Assembly: GCF_006345805.1 (NCBI RefSeq)
Contig: NC_042997.1
Coordinates: 120,590,001-120,654,000, forward strand
Direction of reading: 5' to 3'
Length of the DNA stretch: 64,000 bases
DNA from: Octopus sinensis
Lineage: Eukaryota
Numbering within the stretch: position 1 is the stretch's first letter; every line of letters begins with the position of its first letter. Of this stretch, positions 37,992 to 50,364 are shown piece by piece. Below the pieces are notes generated by a model. That model was given only the letters and a program-made list of their open reading frames with translations, was not told where the DNA came from and searched no databases. Position numbers and translations under genes: made by a program.

Positions 37992-40103
37992 CTATATATA
38001 TATATATACAAATGAGAATATGTGTATGTATGTATGCGTGAATCCCTAAAACTCGAGAAGTACCCAACCGCTTCATTCAGATTTTACATATGCATTACTT
38101 AGGGTCTATGGGGTGTCACGGACTAAAAAAGACCTTCAACTTCTTGGCCAATGCGGGCCCGGAGCAAACTTTTAGACTGATTTGGTATTACGTGTCAAAA
38201 GACAATATTGTTTCACTTTTATTCTTTCACTTTTAATTATAATGTGATAATACAAGGATAATCTTATTTCTATTATATTTGAAATACATGAATAATATTC
38301 ATCCTAATGTGGACAACATTACGCATCTGCAACATTCTGTCTATACCACCATGACAGCGGAATGGTGTGTCAGTATATGTGCGTGGGCTGAAAAAACGAG
38401 CAGCTGGATGTGAAACTCTCGGCAAAAAACAGTGAGATTGCAAGACAAAGGTATACCTTAACTTAACATTCAATACATGTGCTTAACACACACATATATA
38501 CACATATATATCATCATCATCAAATTTATCTATGATAATTATTGTTGCATTTACCGTTAAAATAGTAGTTCGTACACGTGCTTCTATTTTGTTAATTTGC
38601 TTATATTTGGTTAATTTACACTGCATACAAAAATAAAGACATAGAACTGCTTACAAAAATAGAGATTAACGTATAATTTTTTCTATATTCATAACATTTT
38701 ATTTACAATATTGAAAAAATATGCCACCAAAGAAAGATGTAATCTCTCCAGAAAGAAGCTTAAATCAAGGAGGAATGTAGAAAACCGATAGCGAGAGAAA
38801 GTAGATGAGGTCTTCTCAAGATCGGCAAAGGCTTGCTACTTAACGTCAGATGAAATCATTATACAGAAAGGAGATGAGACTTTCCCAAAATCAGTGACGG
38901 CATCCTGCAGCTCATCAAATGGTGTCTCAAGGCAGAAGCGAGATGAGACGTTCCCAGCATCAGGGAAGGCATGTTGCAGAATTTAATGCTGAATCATTAA
39001 AACAATGTTTTAATGATTTGACAGAGATCCAATAAATTGCTCTCAGAAACAGAAAACGAGCAAATTCGTTCTTCGCATCTGGAATCGCTTTCAAATATAG
39101 CCCATCCCATTCTTATAAAAAAAAAAATTCTGTCCAAATTAGTGTGCTAAACTCAAATTGTCGTTTATGTAAAGCTTTCAAATTTCCATGTTAAACTAAT
39201 GACATGTGCTGCTCAGGAGGTAAGGTAAAATTGGCAGCACTACCAGCTCCTCCTCAACATCGTATGGATTTTCTGGAAGGCATTTCCATCCAGTCAAAGA
39301 ATTTTCTGAACAATATCAGACAATACAGCTCTTCATTTCGAAGAACATCAAGTTGTGCTTCTAAGGAGATAGATGGATATGGATTTATGCTGACTTTCAA
39401 AGTTCACCTTATTGGTTCCCAGTTACCCATGTATGAACAACCAACGTTACTCCAAATTTACTTTTTGAGTGATGTAAAACAACAGACCCGAAGACGGTGT
39501 CAAAATGTCTGACAATGAGCCGTGTTAGACGCAGTGACGACCGCCGCAAAGGGGATTATATCTACTGACAGCGTTTCGTTGCGTTCAAAAATCACACACC
39601 CTACCCCAGGTTTCCATGACAGGTTAGGGCCTGGAATCCTCCAAACGGACGCAAGACATGATTAGTCGAAATTACTTTCCATTTACTCCACAACTGATTT
39701 GTCCTCAATGCTACACTTTCCCCTTATCACATGTATATATATATATATATATACATTGGTATGTCGGTATATCAGTGACAACAGTTTGGTGGAAACTATC
39801 GGACGTTGAACGCGAAATCGTCCGCGTGGTGGAGAGGAAATCAACTGCGTAGTCGACCGGGTTGAAGAAGTAGGAATGGGTGGTATGTGCAAATATATAT
39901 TTGTATATATGGGTGTCAGGACGTATTCATATGATTTTGCGTGCATACCTGTACTGATGCGAGCGTGCGCATCTGTACATGGGCCGGCATGCACCAGCGC
40001 GTCAGTGACTGTATCTGTGCGTGCGTACATGTTCATACACAAGTACTCACACACACATGTATATGTATGTATGTATCTATCTATCTACCAATCTATCTAT
40101 CTA

Positions 40104-40149
<46 letters not shown>

Positions 40150-40189
40150 CTAGCATTATGACCCATCGTTGCCGGGTCATAGTGCTAGT
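37992..40189 (+). mobile_element. Deleted Helitron: 5' end, N-terminal RepHel fragment (38720-39512), 3' hairpin-CTAG
   Basis: MCCSGGKVKLAALPAPP...SKNFLNNIRQY.SSF..TS...FMLTFKV..HLIGS.LP...LQIYF, typical of the Helitron N-terminus. Terminal actagcattatgaccc...gggtcatagtgctagt. Assigning both ends to one element is an inference. Confidence 0.75.
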
Positions 40190-40299
40190 GCATGTATATA
40201 TGTGTATATATATGTGTACATATTACATGTACATCTATATATATATACATCTACACAAAAAATACAAAATACAAAGTTATATCTTGATATCGCTAGTGA

Positions 40300-40790
40300 T
40301 AACAATACTCAAAATATATAACAGACTGGAATTGTAGGCCCGTCTCTTGCAATTTCGATCAATTGTATCTTGTCCTCCCTCTTGTTTAGAAGTGTGGCTA
40401 CAATCCAGCCTACCTCTACTTCTGGGGGAGACATTTTAAACTTTTATCCGGGACGTCCGACGTCCCAGATATAAAGGTAAAAATAAAATATTTCCACTTT
40501 GCAATGTTCGTGTCGTGTACTCCCTTGCACGCTCTGTTGACTCGAATCTTGCTTCTATTGTGGCGAATTTACCGCCTCTGGTTAGATACTTGATATCTTT
40601 CATAGTCGCACAAAGACACTATTCGATGGTGCTTTCCTCCAGGTGTTCAAATCTTTTTTCTCTACATTGTATACTTTATACACAATAGTCTTTTCTATAA
40701 TTTTATTTTTTATTTCCGTTGGTGGTGTTATCCTAGATTCACCGTCTTTGTCGGTGATCAATCCGAAATAGGTTTGTATTTCTTCCATTT
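40300..40790 (-). pseudogene. Putative LINE ORF1-like fragment
   Basis: IVYKVYNVEKKDLNTWRKA...KYLTRGGKFATIEARFES...LPLYLGRRTSRIKV..VSPEVEVGWIVA. The reading is long but broken; the family is inferred. Confidence 0.4.
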
Positions 40791-41429
40791 TAATTTTAAT
40801 GAGTTCGCGCCTGCCGACGGATGCACCAAAATTTTAGACGTTGTTGTATCGAAGGCATTTTAACAAAAATGCTTCCGTATAAACGGTGAAAATATTGTCG
40901 ATTTCCCCAAACAAGGACACAATTCAATTTTTAAACAATAACCAAAGCTCCTTCTCCCAAAGGGGGAGGTTTACGGTTTACAATTATTTAACAAATGCAA
41001 CACAACAACGTTTCCTTTTCGAGGAACCAACAAACGTGATAACAATAGTTAAACAGTAATAATAGTAACAACAAACCTTATGGTGAATCAAAACGCAGTA
41101 CGCAGTTGAAGCTATAGTCCTTTATGTATAACCAACAGCAGTATTCAGTAGAAGTGGCTGTTCGAGAAAACAGACATTACATCCAGCCAAACGTCATATA
41201 CATACTAAATGCTAGCTAATTAGCAGATTATCTAATGTAAACGCCGTGGTAAATGGTATGTGCACAACTTCATCTGGACTATTCCATTTCTGCACACTAA
41301 TTTTATGTTTAATTTATTCCCATTCATATAAAACCAGTTATTCAAGTCATTGATGCAATTTTATACCAATTGCTATTTTTACTTTTGTTATGTTACGATT
41401 TAATTATTAAATTTAAAAATACACCTGCA

Positions 41430-41820
41430 CCACTCGCTATCCCAACCTGCAATTTCGGAAATCTAACCATGTGCCCCCGATAAGGATCCTACCTCCAAAG
41501 GATGTAGTGTGCAGAGTCACCCTTATACTATCTGATGGAATTCGTAGGCACTATACGGGTATGACAGCTAATGACTTCAAGATTAGACACTCCCAGCGTA
41601 AGCACTCGTTCAGATCCAGAGACAGAGAGAACTCTACTTATCTATTTCGTTTTCTCTGGAGATTCCGTGACCTTCGAGATGAAGCACCCTGCCTCAGGAG
41701 GACAATTGTCGATACAGGACAACCATATCACGTGGGATCCCAATCTGCATGCTGCGTCTCTCAACACGCCGTCGATTTCCTGTTCACTATGTGGTATTTT
41801 CAAACCAACTGTTGTCGATG
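41430..41820 (+). mobile_element. Penelope GIY-YIG endonuclease fragment (second family)
   Basis: VVCRVTLI...HYTGMTANDFKIRHSQRKHSFR...STYLFRFLW...TIVDTGQPY resembles the PLE EN C-terminus. Confidence 0.7.
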
Positions 41821-42042
41821 ATATATCGATATATCAACATCAAACTACAACACACAGTTACCTTCCTGGACCAATTGCACCTTACTGTAATAACAATCAA
41901 CTGTTTTCATTTAAATTCAAAATGTTTGAAAATTCGCATCACGCTTGAAACGCGGAATACGAGCGTATGCGAAACAAACTGTTTTGATATATGCATCTGT
42001 CTTCCTACCTAATTATCTCCCTATTTATCTATTTATCAACAC

Positions 42043-42077
<35 letters not shown>

Positions 42078-42120
42078 CACACATACACACACATACAGAC
42101 ACACACACATATATATATAA

Positions 42121-42506
42121 TTAGAGTTCAGGAAAAAAATTTGCTTGACACATACCGAACATTTAGAAATAGCAGCCAAAAAATTTAGCTATTTCTTCTA
42201 CTGTAAGAAGAGTCTCCCAGACAATGTATACTCAAAAACAATTCACGTAGGCATAGAGGGAAAAATAACGAAAGTTCACTCGAAATTAGATTACTTTTGA
42301 ACGCGTTTCTGAGTTAGTCAGATATAGAGATGCTAGAAATACAGATATAGAGATGCTAGAAATACATGTATTTCTAGCATCTACATAGCTGACAAACCCA
42401 GAAACGCGTTCACAAGTAATCTAATTTCGAGTGAACTTTCGTTATTTTTCCCTCTATGCCTACGTGAATTGTTTTTGAGTATACATTGTCTGAGAGACTC
42501 TTCTTA
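42121..42506. mobile_element. Fold-back pseudo-LTR relative of the 547-bp family with a partial HHR
   Basis: Arms span 42204-42506 around aaatac a|t gtattt (42366/42367). It shares ttagaaatagcagc and GAAACGCGTT with the family and is flanked by (TA)n. Confidence 0.7.
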
Positions 42507-42949
42507 TATATATATAGAGAGAGAGATACGCACATATATCTGTGTATTACACATATACGAACACATCTTTTTTACGTAAATATAGGTGTATTATATACGA
42601 AGTTCTATTGATATAAATCATTCGTGAGAAATCGGATAGGTGATTATGATATTGTTCAGTAAGCTCCACAGTTGAGCATTCCATTTGTAAAGAAAGTTTA
42701 CCTCGGTATATACCAAGAAAATTGTCCAAAGATATAGCTAATGAGTTATAGCTTTAGTAACAATCTATGTATATCGGTAGCCACTACACACATTTTTTTC
42801 TTTCCTTGTTTCTTTCTGTGTTCCTTTCTGTGTCCCTTTCTGTGGAAGAGCGTATGCTCGAAACGTAACAGACTTTTTCAATACCCGAGCGTTATACTAA
42901 TACATCTATTTGTTTTCTACACCACCTGTCTTCATCTTCGTGAATTCTC

Positions 42950-43170
<221 letters not shown>

Positions 43171-43739
43171 GTGTGTGTGTCTGTGTGCGTGTGTATGTTT
43201 CTGTGTGTGTTTGTGCATGTATACAATTATGTGCGTTGACTGCACCGCAAGGGGTTTTAGCTCTTATTTCGACCATTGTAGATGTTCCAACAAGCTCAGA
43301 CCTATTTAATGGCAATTGTAGTTTTCCATTTCGGTAATACATTGCTAATACCTTGCCTAAATTAATTAATTATATATATATGTGATGGATGGGTGAAAGC
43401 ACGGTAAAATTGTTAAAAATCCCGTGTTATTTGGTATCACATGTAAATACATTATTAACACGTTTTAATCAGGAGAATACAATCTGTTAATTACCTGTTA
43501 GAGATACGTGTATATCGACTAGCTTTATGTAGCGGGAAAAGCAGCAATGACATAATAATTCATGATGTAAGCTTATTTTAAAAGTACTTTTATTATAGAA
43601 ATAATGTTTTGAACAGAATATTTTTATTTTCAAATATCAAACATTATATTTATTATTCAAAAAAAAATAATGTTGCTGTTACGTACACAGTTTTGTGTTC
43701 TTTTCTCAGCTAATCGCTGATTCGTAGTACATGTGAAGG

Positions 43740-44060
43740 CGGGCAGCTTGGTGTTTCGGGTATTCTGCTCGCAATTGTAATGTCATGTGTCCATTTCCCG
43801 AAAGTTAACAGTAATCTTGAGCGAGACAATTTATTTATCGTAATGTCAGTTCGCTCAGCTGGCAAAAATCATTTGTAGCTGTGTTTAAAACAGCCAGGTT
43901 TATCGCATTTTGTGTCACGCTGAATCTTCCTCAGGACTACGTTAAGGGCATGAAAATGAGGTGAATGCTCAGCAACTTTCACGCCTATTATATGAGCAGT
44001 CTCTTCCGCAGATTGAACTAACTCGAACACTTATTGTCGTCAACGACAGAGTGCCAGTTT
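43740..44060 (+). mobile_element. SINE family B, diverged
   Basis: cttgagcgagacaatttatt...cagctggcaaaa...gtgtcacgctgaatc...gacagagtgccag, homologous to 2388-2690. Confidence 0.6.
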
Positions 44061-44087
44061 ATTTAAATACGCATATAGATGCAAGAA

Positions 44088-44121
<34 letters not shown>

Positions 44122-44190
44122 TATATATATATATATATATATTATATATACACATACAAAATATAGGACTAGAATCGGTAGAATCCAGGC

Positions 44191-44254
<64 letters not shown>

Positions 44255-44290
44255 ACAAAAAATAAGGAACTAGAATCGGTAGAATCCAGG

Positions 44291-44322
<32 letters not shown>

Positions 44323-44606
44323 CAACAATTGAGGGCAAAATTAATTAATTATTAATCAATTTCACCAAGTGTCCAGTATGCAAAGGGACCATTCAAGGCG
44401 AATTCAAATTATTACATTATATAAAAGGGCTTAGTAAAATAAATTACTTTGCCGCATACTGAACTCATTAGAAATAGCAGCTAAAAAACTTTTTTAAAGC
44501 TATTTCTAATACTTAACGAAAATCTCTCTCATATATAGTGTTTGCTTAATTCAACTCACAAAAGTTTGGGGGTAAGGACATCGAAAAATCAAATGCTAAG
44601 GTTATT

Positions 44607-44659
44607 TGAGAACGTACGTTTCAAGATTAGTCAAAAACAACACTTCTATCATCAGCTCA
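44607..44659 (-). ncRNA. Type I HHR motif (array unit)
   Basis: tgag-CTGATGA-taga...tctt-GAAA-cgtacg-TT-ctca. Confidence 0.7.
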
Positions 44660-45152
44660 GAAATTCCTTGGTTTGGATTTGGAAACACTGAAAATAAGAA
44701 CATACCCTTTCGAAGATCTGCTCGTAACTAACAGTGCCAACAAATTCAAAATAAGCAAGCGAAGAATCTCTGTTCTCCCCTTTCCACCAGCGTGGGTTAA
44801 AATCATCAAACACTATGCTTATTTCGGTAAAATCCGAAGCATTAATCAGAGGGAGATTAATTATAATTTCAACAATTGAGGGCAAAATTAATTAATTATT
44901 AATCAATTTCACCAAGTGTTCAGTATGCAAAGGGACCATTCAAGGCGAATTCAAATTATTACATTATATAAAAGGGCTTAGTAAAATAAATTACTTTGCC
45001 GCATACTGAACTCATTAGAAATAGCAGCTAAAAAACTTTTTTAAAGCTATTTCTAATACTTAACGAAAATCTCTCTCATATATAGTGTTTGCTTAATTCA
45101 ACTCACAAAAGTTTGGGGGTAAGGACATCGAAAAATCAAATGCTAAGGTTAT

Positions 45153-45205
45153 TGAGAACGTACGTTTCAAGATTAGTCAAAAACAACACTTCTATCATCA
45201 GCTCA
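45153..45205 (-). ncRNA. Type I HHR motif (array unit)
   Basis: Same motif as 44607-44659. Confidence 0.7.
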
Positions 45206-45745
45206 GAAATTCCTTGGTTTGGATTTGGAAACACTGAAAATAAGAACATACCCTTTCGAAGATCTGCTCGTAACTAACAGTGCCAACAAATTCAAAATAA
45301 GCAAGCGAAGAATCTCTGTTCTCCCCTTTCCACCAGCGTGGGTTAAAATCATCAAACACTATGCTTATTTCGGTAAAATCCGAAGCATTAATCAGAGGGA
45401 GATTAATTATAATTTCAACAATTGAGGGCAAAATTAATTAATTATTAATCAATTTCACCAAGTGAATGGTCCCTTTGCATACTGAACACTTGGTGAAATT
45501 GATTAATAATTAATTAATTTTGCCCTCAGTTGTTGAAATTATAATTAATCTCCCTCTGATTAATGCTTCGGATTTTACCGAAATAAGCATAGTGTTTGAT
45601 GATTTTAACCCACGCTGGTGGAAAGGGGAGAACAGAGATTCTTCGCTTGCTTATTTTGAATTTGTTGGCACTGTTAGTTACGAGCAGATCTTCGAAAGGG
45701 TATGTTCTTATTTTCAGTGTTTCCAAATCCAAACCAAGGAATTTC

Positions 45746-45798
45746 TGAGCTGATGATAGAAGTGTTGTTTTTGACTAATCTTGAAACGTACGTTCTCA
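45746..45798 (+). ncRNA. Type I HHR motif (array unit)
   Basis: CTGATGA at 45750, GAAA at 45783, palindrome ACGTACGT; predicted cleavage after 45794. Confidence 0.7.
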
Positions 45799-46292
45799 AA
45801 TAACCTTAGCATTTGATTTTTCGATGTCCTTACCCCCAAACTTTTGTGAGTTGAATTAAGCAAACACTATATATGAGAGAGATTTTCGTTAAGTATTAGA
45901 AATAGCTTTAAAAAAGTTTTTTAGCTGCTATTTCTAATGAGTTCAGTATGCGGCAAAGTAATTTATTTTACTAAGCCCTTTTATATAATGTAATAATTTG
46001 AATTCGCCTTGAATGGTCCCTTTGCATACTGAACACTTGGTGAAATTGATTAATAATTAATTAATTTTGCCCTCAATTGTTGAAATTATAATTAATCTCC
46101 CTCTGATTAATGCTTCGGATTTTACCGAAATAAGCATAGTGTTTGATGATTTTAACCCACGCTGGTGGAAAGGGGAGAACAGAGATTCTTCGCTTGCTTA
46201 TTTTGAATTTGTTGGCACTGTTAGTTACGAGCAGATCTTCGAAAGGGTATGTTCTTATTTTCAGTGTTTCCAAATCCAAACCAAGGAATTTC

Positions 46293-46344
46293 TGAGCTGA
46301 TGATAGAAGTGTGTTTTTGACTAATCTTGAAACGTACGTTCTCA
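46293..46344 (+). ncRNA. Type I HHR motif (array unit)
   Basis: Same motif, with a 1-nt deletion in loop II. Confidence 0.7.
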
Positions 46345-46838
46345 AATAACCTTAGCATTTGATTTTTCGATGTCCTTACCCCCAAACTTTTGTGAGTTGA
46401 ATTAAGCAAACACTATATATGAGAGAGATTTTCGTTAAGTATTAGAAATAGCTTTAAAAAAGTTTTTTAGCTGCTATTTCTAATGAGTTCAGTATGCGGC
46501 AAAGTAATTTATTTTACTAAGCCCTTTTATATAATGTAATAATTTGAATTCGCCTTGAATGGTCCCTTTGCATACTGAACACTTGGTGAAATTGATTAAT
46601 AATTAATTAATTTTGCCCTCAATTGTTGAAATTATAATTAATCTCCCTCTGATTAATGCTTCGGATTTTACCGAAATAAGCATAGTGTGTGATGATTTTA
46701 ACCCACGCTGGTGGAAAGGGGAGAACAGAGATTCTTCGCTTGCTTATTTTGAATTTGTTGGCACTGTTAGTTACGAGCAGATCTTCGAAAGGGTATGTTC
46801 TTATTTTCAGTGTTTCCAAATCCAAACCAAGGAATTTC

Positions 46839-46891
46839 TGAGCTGATGATAGAAGTGTTGTTTTTGACTAATCTTGAAACGTACGTTCTCA
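46839..46891 (+). ncRNA. Type I HHR motif (array unit)
   Basis: Same motif. Confidence 0.7.
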
Positions 46892-47385
46892 AATAACCTT
46901 AGCATTTGATTTTTCGATGTCCTTACCCCCAAACTTTTGTGAGTTGAATTAAGCAAACACTATATATGAGAGAGATTTTCGTTAAGTATTAGAAATAGCT
47001 TTAAAAAAGTTTTTTAGCTGCTATTTCTAATGAGTTCAGTATGCGGCAAAGTAATTTATTTTACTAAGCCCTTTTATATAATGTAATAATTTGAATTCGC
47101 CTTGAATGGTCCCTTTGCATACTGAACACTTGGTGAAATTGATTAATAATTAATTAATTTTGCCCTCAATTGTTGAAATTATAATTAATCTCCCTCTGAT
47201 TAATGCTTCGGATTTTACCGAAATAAGCATAGTGTTTGATGATTTTAACCCACGCTGGTGGAAAGGGGAGAACAGAGATTCTTCGCTTGCTTATTTTGAA
47301 TTTGTTGGCACTGATAGTTACGAGCAGATCTTCGAAAGGGTATGTTCTTATTTTCAGTGTTTCCAAATCCAAACCAAGGAATTTC

Positions 47386-47438
47386 TGAGCTGATGATAGA
47401 AGTGTTGTTTTTGACTAATCTTGAAACGTACGTTCTCA
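47386..47438 (+). ncRNA. Type I HHR motif (array unit)
   Basis: Same motif. Confidence 0.7.
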
Positions 47439-47636
47439 AATAACCTTAGCATTTGATTTTTCGATGTCCTTACCCCCAAACTTTTGTGAGTTGAATTAAG
47501 CAAACACTATATATGAGAGAGATTTTCGTTAAGTATTAGAAATAGCTTTAAAAAAGTTTTTTAGCTGCTATTTCTAATGAGTTCAGTATGCGGCAATGTA
47601 ATTTATTTTACTAAGCCCTTTTATATAATATATATA

Positions 47637-47685
<49 letters not shown>

Positions 47686-48066
47686 TATATGCATACAATA
47701 TATAATAGTGTACATTTAAACACAAGAAAACTACCTTTAACAGGTAATTTTACACGCTAGAACAAGCAGTCAAAACCACCGAAAACCTATTTAAGACCAA
47801 TTTCGAATGGAATGAAATATAAAGATTTTTACCAAGTTATTTTTTACTGTTATACCTATGTTTCAATTTTATTAGCAAATGAAATAATTTTCAAGGCGAA
47901 ATTCTAATCAGTAACCGAGCCATAACATTCATTTACAGACAACATAACACGTGTCACATCATTATATGTTATAATTATTCAAATTCAGTGCGCAAGCGTG
48001 GTTTCAATCGGAAGTAAATGAAAAATGTCGAACTGATCTTCGAAATGCTTGCGCCAATATATTACG

Positions 48067-48124
<58 letters not shown>

Positions 48125-48126
<2 letters not shown>

Positions 48127-48430
48127 TACCAGTTACTTATATATATATAAGTACCAGTTACGCACTGGGGTCGATGTAATCGACTTAATACCTTTGTCTG
48201 TCCTTGTTTGTCCCCTCTGTGTTTAGCCCCATGTGGGTAGTAAAGAAATAGGTATTTCGTCTGTCGTTACGTTCCGAGTTCAAATTCCGCCGTGGTCGAC
48301 TTTGCCTTTCATCCTTTCGGGATCGATAAATTAAGTACCAGTTACGCACTGGGGTCGATGAAGTCGACTTAATCCCTTTGTCTGTCCTTGTTTGTCCCCT
48401 CTGTGTTTAGCCCCTTGTGGGTAGTAAATA
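48125..48430 (+). mobile_element. SINE family A, tandem partial copies
   Basis: gtaccagttacgcactggggtcgatg...ccccttgtgggtagtaaa occurs twice. Confidence 0.8.
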
Positions 48431-48883
48431 AATATATATATATATATATATATATAGGCAAGGAAAAATTATAAAAAGGTGGAATGCTAAATTGAAGGTA
48501 AGTTTTAATGAAAATGGGTGTATGGAAAATAATTGTTTTCTTTTAAGTATCAAATGCAAGCGGTTTTCGTCGCAATGCGACTTTTCAAGAATCGTAAGCT
48601 GAAAATAATTTTTTTTATAATTGAGGAGGGGGAAAAAAGAAAATTACATTGTTTTTGGCATAAAAATAATAAAAATATACAAAAATTAATAAATAGGTAC
48701 ACCGATACATTGTGAAATCTTTGTGTGTCGAGTTCAATGATAGTTCTTAGAAAAATTACCTTGGAGGATTAAGATCCTTGTGATTAAATCCATGTGGTGT
48801 TTAATTTAAGAGGTTTGTTAAATCAATGCCAAAACAGGAAATAGGGGAGGAGTTATCTAGTTCCTGTGGGTAAGGGGATATAC

Positions 48884-48964
<81 letters not shown>

Positions 48965-48965
<1 letters not shown>

Positions 48966-49085
48966 TCATCATCATCATCATCATTTAGCGTCCGTTGTCC
49001 ATGCTAGCATGGGTTGGACGGTTCTACTGGGGTCTGTGAAGCCAGAAGGCTTCATCAGGCCCAGTCAAATCTGGGCCCAGTCAAA
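48965..49085 (-). mobile_element. Retroposon 3' end with a (GAT)n tail (RTE-like SINE/LINE tail)
   Basis: (cat)n followed by ttagcgtccgttgtccatgctagcatgggttggacgg. Confidence 0.5.
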
Positions 49086-49118
49086 TATATATATATATAT
49101 ATATATACATATATATAT

Positions 49119-49218
<100 letters not shown>

Positions 49219-49794
49219 TCCATACCTAGCGGACCCTCGGAAGCAGTAACTTCTCCAAACGCGGGGTAGACAGCAAGCTACTTTTTAGGCCAACGATACT
49301 TTGAATGTATGAAGTTTACACGGGATATTCTAACGACAATGCGAATTTCATATAATCAAGGTATCTTTGGCCTGAAGTGTAGATTACGGTCATCCACACG
49401 TTTCGATTATTTATTTCTTCGCTGGTTCTGTCAGCGATAAAGCATATGTAGCCTGGATTCTATCTACTTCATTCCATATATTTTGGAGATTTATTCGATA
49501 TGCAACAACTGCTGTGCCAACCGGGAACAGTAAAACAAACTTTTTCAACTTGTATTCGACACGGGAAAAATTCACAACCTTAACCTTCTGCGTCACTAAA
49601 TCACTATCGTTCCTGAAATTTGTGTTTCATACTTCTGTGGATTGCTTGAAGATCCCTAAATTCCTGCACCTCTGTTCTTGGCACTTTCATCTACATCCCT
49701 ACCACACACATACACACGTACACACACACAAACACACATATACATGCACGCATCCACAAACGCACACACACACACATACATATATGTATATATA

Positions 49795-50364
49795 TATTGG
49801 GTTGTCCTGAAAGTTCGTGCCGATTTATAGTAGCTTACCTTTCGATTTATTTTAGAACATGGTTCGTCCATAAAATAGGATTTGACTACACATCCATTTA
49901 GAGCACAGTTTTAGCTATCTTTTCATGGAAGAAGTTATATGTTCCTATAACCTGTGTTAAATCTGTAACCCTTTAAAATGGAAGATAAGAAAGTTCAATT
50001 TCGGCACTTGATGCTTTGGGAACCAGACAATAATTGATGCAGCTCGACTGGGATGTGTTACCCCACCTTCCATATTCACCAGATATTGCTCCTTCGGATT
50101 TCAACTTACTCAGGTCTCTGCAGAATAGTCTTAATGGTAAAAAATTTCAATTCATTGGATGACGTAAAAAGATACCTCGATGAATTCATTGCCCTGAAAC
50201 CACCTCAATTCTGGGAAGAGGTTATTTTCAAGTTAAAGGAAAGATGGAGACGCATTGTGCAACAAAATGGTTCATATTTGGTTGATTAAAAATGCAATGG
50301 CAATTATTTATTGACCATATTCTTTCCTTTAAAGATCGGCGCGAACTTTCCGAACAAACTAATA
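49795..50364 (+). mobile_element. Internally deleted mariner with TIRs
   Basis: TIRs tattgggttgtcctgaaagttcgtgccgat / tattagtttgttcggaaagttcgcgccgat. C-terminus HPPYSPDIAPSDF.L.RSLQNSLNGKKFNSLDDVKRYLDEF...RWRRIVQQNGSY. Confidence 0.85.

Larger units (their letters stand above)
44321..47628. repeat. Tandem array of about six near-identical 546-547-bp units, each with an HHR; about 2.1 units on minus, then about 4 on plus
   Basis: Unit markers at 44321/44868/45414 (minus) and 45464/46011/46557/47104 (plus). The inversion is at 45464-45487. (TA)n flanks both ends. Confidence 0.95.

Noticed and set aside
45520-47393. Repeated 77-aa and 68-aa ORFs in the 547-bp units
   Set aside because: They have non-ATG starts, are open on both strands, and the stop lies within the HHR core. 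The diverged copy at about 5070-5150 breaks the frame. They are repeated only because the DNA is repeated.
44321-47628. CRISPR-like array interpretation
   Set aside because: The units are fully identical 547-mers with no unique spacers, in a eukaryotic context with no cas genes.
48553-48595. gtcgc-att-gcgac hairpin followed by GAAA (minus), near a possible Penelope 3' relic
   Set aside because: The upstream core (CTTGAAAA) and stems I and III are too degenerate to call.
49040-49075. CTGATGA followed by a hairpin on the minus strand
   Set aside because: No GAAA follows the hairpin, so the hammerhead core is incomplete.
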